Assembly (NCBI GenBank): GCA_963781585.1
Contig: CAWAGQ010000004.1
Span: 96,001 to 160,000, forward strand
Reading direction: 5' to 3'
Length of the DNA stretch: 64,000 bases
Source: an uncultured Gemmatimonadaceae bacterium
Lineage (GTDB): Bacteria; Gemmatimonadota; Gemmatimonadetes; Gemmatimonadales; Gemmatimonadaceae
Positions 59,447-64,000 of this stretch are shown here, piece by piece; the stretch's first letter is position 1, and the number at the start of each line of letters is the position of its first letter. A program made the translations under genes and the position numbers. The notes under the pieces are model-generated. The model worked only from the letters and a program-made list of their open reading frames with translations, was not told where the DNA came from and did no database searches.

Positions 59447-60564
59447 GCCTCCGCGATCGACTCGCTGAAGAAGTCGCGCGGGCGGCCGAAGTCGAACGTC
59501 AACTCAGCGACCCCGGCACGCATCGTGACGCCAGGCTCCTTGCGTCGCTGGGCCGGGAGCACCAGCGGCTCTCGGGCCTCGTGCTCCTGTCATCGCGACT
59601 CCAGAAGCTCGACACCGAGCTGGCGCAGGCGCGCGAGCTCGCGCACGCGGACGACCCCGAGCTGGCGGCCGAGGCCCGCGCGGAAGTCGATCGCCTCGCC
59701 GAAGAACTGGAGCGGGCCGAGGAGTCGCTGAAGCCGCTGCTCGTCCCGCGCGACCCGCTCGATGATCGCGCGTGCATCATGGAGATCCGCGCCGGTACCG
59801 GCGGTGACGAGGCGGCCCTGTTTGCGGCGGACCTCTTCCGCATGTACACCCGCTACGTCGAACGGCGCGGCTGGCGCACCGACGTGCTGTCCTACTCCGA
59901 AGGATCGTTAGGCGGCATCAAGGAAGTGGTGTTCAAGGTGGACGGCCCCGGGGCGTTCGGCGACATGCGATGGGAATCGGGCGTGCATCGAGTGCAGCGC
60001 GTTCCCCAGACGGAGGCGCAGGGGCGCATCCATACGTCGGCGGCGACCGTGGCCGTCCTTCCCGAGGCCGAAGAGGTGGACATCGAGCTCGAGGACAAGG
60101 ATCTTCGGATCGACGTGTATCGCGCCTCCGGTCCGGGCGGCCAGGGCGTCAACACCACCGATTCGGCGGTACGGATCACGCACCTGCCGACCGGCGAAGT
60201 AGTCACCCAGCAGGATCAGCGCTCGCAGCTGCAGAACAAGGCCCGCGCCCTCGCGGTCCTGCGGTCGCGGTTGCTCGACCGCCGCATCGCCGAGCAGGAG
60301 GCGGAGCGATCGCGCCTCCGCCGCGCCCAGGTGTCCACCGGTGATCGTTCGGCCAAGATCCGGACCTACAACTTTCCGCAGAATCGTGTGACCGATCATC
60401 GGATCAGGTTCGAGTCGCACAACCTCCCGGGTATTCTGGATGGCGGCATCGGCGACCTGATCGAAGCCCTGAAGCTAGCGGACCTGGAGGAACGTCTGAA
60501 CGGGGACGCGGTGGCTGGCGACGACGCGGTGCTCAAACGGCCACGGGGAGGAAAGGGGACGTGA
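59443..60564 (+). CDS. prfA: Peptide chain release factor 1 (probable CTG start)
   Basis: [14 protein letters not shown] (RF1 PxT), [16 protein letters not shown]1-like N-terminal helices extend upstream to CTG 59443. Confidence 0.93.
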   Translation: MSLRDRLAEEVARAAEVERQLSDPGTHRDARLLASLGREHQRLSGLVLLSSRLQKLDTELAQARELAHADDPELAAEARAEVDRLAEELERAEESLKPLLVPRDPLDDRACIMEIRAGTGGDEAALFAADLFRMYTRYVERRGWRTDVLSYSEGSLGGIKEVVFKVDGPGAFGDMRWESGVHRVQRVPQTEAQGRIHTSAATVAVLPEAEEVDIELEDKDLRIDVYRASGPGGQGVNTTDSAVRITHLPTGEVVTQQDQRSQLQNKARALAVLRSRLLDRRIAEQEAERSRLRRAQVSTGDRSAKIRTYNFPQNRVTDHRIRFESHNLPGILDGGIGDLIEALKLADLEERLNGDAVAGDDAVLKRPRGGKGT

Positions 60565-61466
60565 GGCCGCGTTCGGTCGCACCGGCGACCGACTTGCGGC
60601 CCCTGGGCGCCTTCACGCTGCGCGCGCTTGTGGACGAGGTCCACGAGAAGTTCGCGACCGCCGGCTTCGCGGTCGCACGGGCCGAGGCCCGGGACCTGGT
60701 TGCCGCAGCGTGCGATCGGCCGCGCTTCTGGCCGACCCTCCACGCGGGCCTGGGGGTGGACGACGATGTCGTTAGGCGCGTCACACTCGCGGCCGAACGC
60801 AGATGCCGCGGCGCGCCTTTCGCCTACGCAGTGGGCCGCGCGGCATTCCGGCGTCTGACGCTGACGGTGGACGAGCGCGTGCTCATTCCACGGCAGGAGA
60901 CGGAGGTGCTGGTTGACCTCGTCCTGGCGGCGCGCCGCGGCATTCCGGGAGGCGTCGCCGTCGACGTGGGTACGGGATCCGGCGCCATCGCCCTGGCGCT
61001 CGCGTCCGAGCACTCGTTCGAGCGCGTCATCGCGACCGACGTCTCGTCCGACGCGTTGACGGTGGCCCGCGGCAACGCCCGCGCGCTGCAGGCAGCCTGT
61101 CGGGCGCCGGTCGAGTTTCGCGCCGGGAGCACTCTGGCTCCATTGGGAGCGGACTGCGTGGATGTTATCGTCTCCAATCCCCCCTACATCGCGTTCGGCG
61201 AGGTGACCTCACTCCCACCATCCGTCCGGGACTGGGAGCCGATGCCCGCCCTCATCTGCGGCGATTCCGGCCTCGCGGTCTCGCGCCGGATAATCGAAGC
61301 CGCCCCGGCCCGACTCTGCACGGGCGGACTGCTGGCGCTGGAGGCCGACGTGCGACGGGTGGCAGCGGTGGCCCAGCTGCTCTCGCAGTCGGGGGCGTTC
61401 TCGGACGTCTCAGTGCATTGCGACCTCACGGGTCGTGAGCGCTTCGTTCTCGCGCGGCGCGGCTAG
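60561..61466 (+). CDS. prmC: Release factor glutamine methyltransferase
   Basis: VLIPRQETE, DVGTGSGAIA, VSNPPYI; follows prfA. Confidence 0.95.
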   Translation: MRPRSVAPATDLRPLGAFTLRALVDEVHEKFATAGFAVARAEARDLVAAACDRPRFWPTLHAGLGVDDDVVRRVTLAAERRCRGAPFAYAVGRAAFRRLTLTVDERVLIPRQETEVLVDLVLAARRGIPGGVAVDVGTGSGAIALALASEHSFERVIATDVSSDALTVARGNARALQAACRAPVEFRAGSTLAPLGADCVDVIVSNPPYIAFGEVTSLPPSVRDWEPMPALICGDSGLAVSRRIIEAAPARLCTGGLLALEADVRRVAAVAQLLSQSGAFSDVSVHCDLTGRERFVLARRG

Positions 61467-61535
61467 CCTCGCTGTGTGCACGGACCTACTCTCCGACGTA
61501 CCCGCGCACATCGACCTCCAACCCGAGCCAGCCAA

Positions 61536-61889
61536 ATGGTAGACCAGAAGGCGCGCGAGCTGGGCCGCCTGATCGGCCAGAGTTCCGAATACCAGTCGCT
61601 GCGGCGTGCGAACGACGGATTGAACGGCGACGCCGAAGCGGTGAAACTGTTACGGCGAATGGAGGAACTGCGCGTCAACGCGCAGCAGATGATCGAACGC
61701 GATCAGACGCCCACGTCCGAGATGGAGCGGGAGCTGGATGATCTCCTGGCGAAGGTGCAGGTGAACCCCGCATACCAGCGTGCGATCGTGGCACAGGAGA
61801 ATTTCGACAAGCTGATGCTGCAGGTGAACGCGTGGATCGCCGAGGGCATCAAGGCCGGTGCGGCGAGTCCGATCATCACCCTCGGATAA
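61536..61889 (+). CDS. YlbF/YmcA (Com_YlbF)-family protein
   Basis: KARELGRLIGQSSEY..L helical motif; NPAY..AQENFDKLM..VN..I. Confidence 0.75.
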   Translation: MVDQKARELGRLIGQSSEYQSLRRANDGLNGDAEAVKLLRRMEELRVNAQQMIERDQTPTSEMERELDDLLAKVQVNPAYQRAIVAQENFDKLMLQVNAWIAEGIKAGAASPIITLG

Positions 61890-62566
61890 TGGATCACCGC
61901 GGCGCGCTGATCGTTCTGGAGGGCGCCGAAGGCGTCGGCAAGTCGACGCAGGTGCGCGGGCTGGTTGAGCGATTCGGGCGTGCCGGAATGCCATGTGTGG
62001 CCGTCCGGGAGCCTGGCGGCACTCCTCTGGGGGACGCGATCCGCGGACTGCTGCTCGACCCCAACTGGAACGTAAGTCCGCAGACCGAGGCCTTGCTCTT
62101 CATGGCTTCCCGCGGGCAACTGGTGCGCGAGGTCATCCGGCCCGCGATGGCTGCCGGGTCCATCGTCGTCGCCGACCGCTTCTTCCTCTCCACGTACGCC
62201 TACCAGATTGCCGGCCGGCGGCTCCCCGAGGAGGAAGTGCGGAGCGCCAATCGTCTGGCCACCGGAGGACTTGTTCCGGACCTCACCATTCTTCTCCACC
62301 TGCCGGCGCGAGAGGGCATGAGTCGGGCCGCCGCGCGCGGCCAGCGCGACCGCATGGAGGAGTCCGGCAACGCCTTCCATGATGGTGTGTCGGCCGCATT
62401 CGTGGAGTTCGCGACGCCGTCGTGGCAGGCGAACCACCCGGAGTGTGGAGCCATCGTCCTGGTCGATGCGGCGGGCGAGGTGCCCGAGGTGGCGGCGCGA
62501 ATCGGTGCGGCTGTCGACGCTGGGCTGGCGCGAACGCTCGGCGGCCTTGCGGGGTCGCACCCATGA
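61889..62566 (+). CDS. tmk: Thymidylate kinase
   Basis: LEGAEGVGKSTQ, REPGGT, EALLF.ASR, DRF..STYAYQ, PDLT. Confidence 0.95.
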   Translation: MDHRGALIVLEGAEGVGKSTQVRGLVERFGRAGMPCVAVREPGGTPLGDAIRGLLLDPNWNVSPQTEALLFMASRGQLVREVIRPAMAAGSIVVADRFFLSTYAYQIAGRRLPEEEVRSANRLATGGLVPDLTILLHLPAREGMSRAAARGQRDRMEESGNAFHDGVSAAFVEFATPSWQANHPECGAIVLVDAAGEVPEVAARIGAAVDAGLARTLGGLAGSHP

Positions 62567-62582
62567 TGCCGAGACTTACCGC

Positions 62583-64000
62583 ATGAAGCCGCGAGGTGTG
62601 GTTGTCGCTGGCGTCCTGGGGACGTCGCTGGTGAGCGGGGGATGGCTGCTCGGACGTGGGCTGACCGGGCGCGACGCCGGGTTTTCCTCGGCCCGCTTGT
62701 TCGATGTGGTCTCCAACGACATCCGGCGCTTCTACGTCGACTCGGTGGGCGACTCGGCGCTGTTCGAGAAGGCGGCAGTCGGGATGCTGCAGGCGCTCCG
62801 CGATCCCTTTACGTTGTACCTGCCTCCGGCGCGCGTCCGCCGCCTCACGGAAAGCACCACCGGCAACTACGTGGGCATCGGCGCGCAGGTGCAGCGACGC
62901 GACAACTGGCCGATGGTCATCACGCCGTTCCCGGGTTCGCCGGCGGAGCGCGCCGGTCTGCACACCGGCGACCGGATCGTGGAGGTTGATGGCAAGGAGA
63001 CCCACGGCTGGACCGCGGACGAGACGCTCAGGGCGCTGCGTGGTCCTCCCGAGACGGACGTCCGGATCGTGATCGAGCGCCCGGGGCATGTGCGACGCCA
63101 GTCCCTGACGCTCACGAGGAGCGGTATCCATCGACGGTCGGTGGCGCGAACTATTCTGCTGGGGGACCACGTGGGCTACGTGGATGTGAACATCTTCAAC
63201 GACTCCACGGAAACTGAGCTCCTCCAGGCGGTCGATTCGCTGAGCGGGCTGGGCATGCGCTCGCTCATCCTCGACCTGCGCGGCAATCCGGGGGGCGTGC
63301 TGACTGAGGGCGTGGGGGTGGCCGACATGTTTCTGACCCGCGGACAGACGATCGTGAGCATGCGCGGGCGGACTGCGGAGACGAACGCGAAGTACGTTGC
63401 GACGTCGGCACAGCGGTGGCCGGATCTGCCGCTGGTGGTCCTGATCGACGAGGGGAGTGCCAGCGCCTCGGAGATCGTGGCGGGCGCGCTCCAGGACCAC
63501 GATCGGGCGGTGCTCGTGGGGCGGACGTCGTTCGGCAAGGGAAGCGCCCAGACGGTCTTCTCGGTGGCGGGAGGCGGCGCCGTGAAGCTCACGACGGCGC
63601 GCTGGTATACGCCGGTTGGCCGCTCGATCGAGCGCGCGCAGCCGAGTGACGACGCGGACCTCGGTGGCAGTCCGGCCGCGAGGCGGGTGTTCCACACGGA
63701 GCATGGCCGCAAGGTCTATGGCGGGGGCGGCATCGTCCCCGACGTGGCCGTGGGCGACACGGTGCTGGCGCCGGCCGAGCAGGCTCTCGAGGCCGCGTTA
63801 GACTCGCGGGTGATCGACTTCCGCGATGCCATGACCGCCTACGCCATTCAGCTGAAGACGAAAGGCGGTATCGCCTCACGTGATTTTTCCGTGACGCCGG
63901 CCATGCTCGACGGTCTGTGGACCACCATGCGCTCGCGCGGCTTCTCGTTCGATCGCCGGGTGTTCGACGGCGCGTCGTCCATTGTGTCGCGCCTGCTGGC
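62583..64000 (+). CDS. S41 C-terminal processing peptidase (CtpA-like), 3'-truncated by window edge
   Basis: PDZ (YVGIG..SPAERAGL..GD), DLRGNPGG, SASASEIVAGALQD, TSFGKGS, KLTTARWYTP. Confidence 0.92.
   Translation, partial: MKPRGVVVAGVLGTSLVSGGWLLGRGLTGRDAGFSSARLFDVVSNDIRRFYVDSVGDSALFEKAAVGMLQALRDPFTLYLPPARVRRLTESTTGNYVGIGAQVQRRDNWPMVITPFPGSPAERAGLHTGDRIVEVDGKETHGWTADETLRALRGPPETDVRIVIERPGHVRRQSLTLTRSGIHRRSVARTILLGDHVGYVDVNIFNDSTETELLQAVDSLSGLGMRSLILDLRGNPGGVLTEGVGVADMFLTRGQTIVSMRGRTAETNAKYVATSAQRWPDLPLVVLIDEGSASASEIVAGALQDHDRAVLVGRTSFGKGSAQTVFSVAGGGAVKLTTARWYTPVGRSIERAQPSDDADLGGSPAARRVFHTEHGRKVYGGGGIVPDVAVGDTVLAPAEQALEAALDSRVIDFRDAMTAYAIQLKTKGGIASRDFSVTPAMLDGLWTTMRSRGFSFDRRVFDGASSIVSRLL

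Noticed and set aside
130..60777. GCCTAAC/GTTAGGC copies as integron attC sites
   Set aside because: They are single and mostly intragenic, and are not paired as inverse core plus core 60-140 bp apart. No integrase or cassette array is present.

Overview
GC-rich (roughly 68-69% by eye) bacterial chromosomal segment. Gene content and protein style suggest Gemmatimonadota (inference). It carries about 55 densely packed CDSs. These include two convergent MacAB-TolC-type ABC export loci (one with four permease genes), a 1327-aa NtrY-like sensor kinase, a tandem pseudokinase-kinase and an MsrP/sulfite-oxidase-like pair. Also present are dinB, a multicopper oxidase with a cytochrome c, comM-larE-thpR, an NtrX-like regulator, lepB-sigma70-rimO-spoIID, hydantoinase/oxoprolinase A/B, an MBL hydrolase-Crp pair and rpmE-prfA-prmC-ylbF-tmk-ctpA. 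I found no rRNA, tRNA, CRISPR array, prophage or transposase. The most unusual signal is a dispersed non-palindromic DNA word, CGTTAGG(Y): 18 copies counted by eye, on both strands, mostly inside genes, where it imposes codons rare at this GC content (TTA, AGG). It is a candidate uptake, methylation or architectural sequence. Other notable points: prfA apparently starts at a CTG overlapping the rpmE stop; spoIID has a G9 frameshift; a serine hydrolase is internally deleted; LarE has a duplicated C-terminal domain; an ARG-box-like palindrome sits on an argA-like GNAT gene; and there are intergenic 7-bp and about 31-bp repeat arrays.
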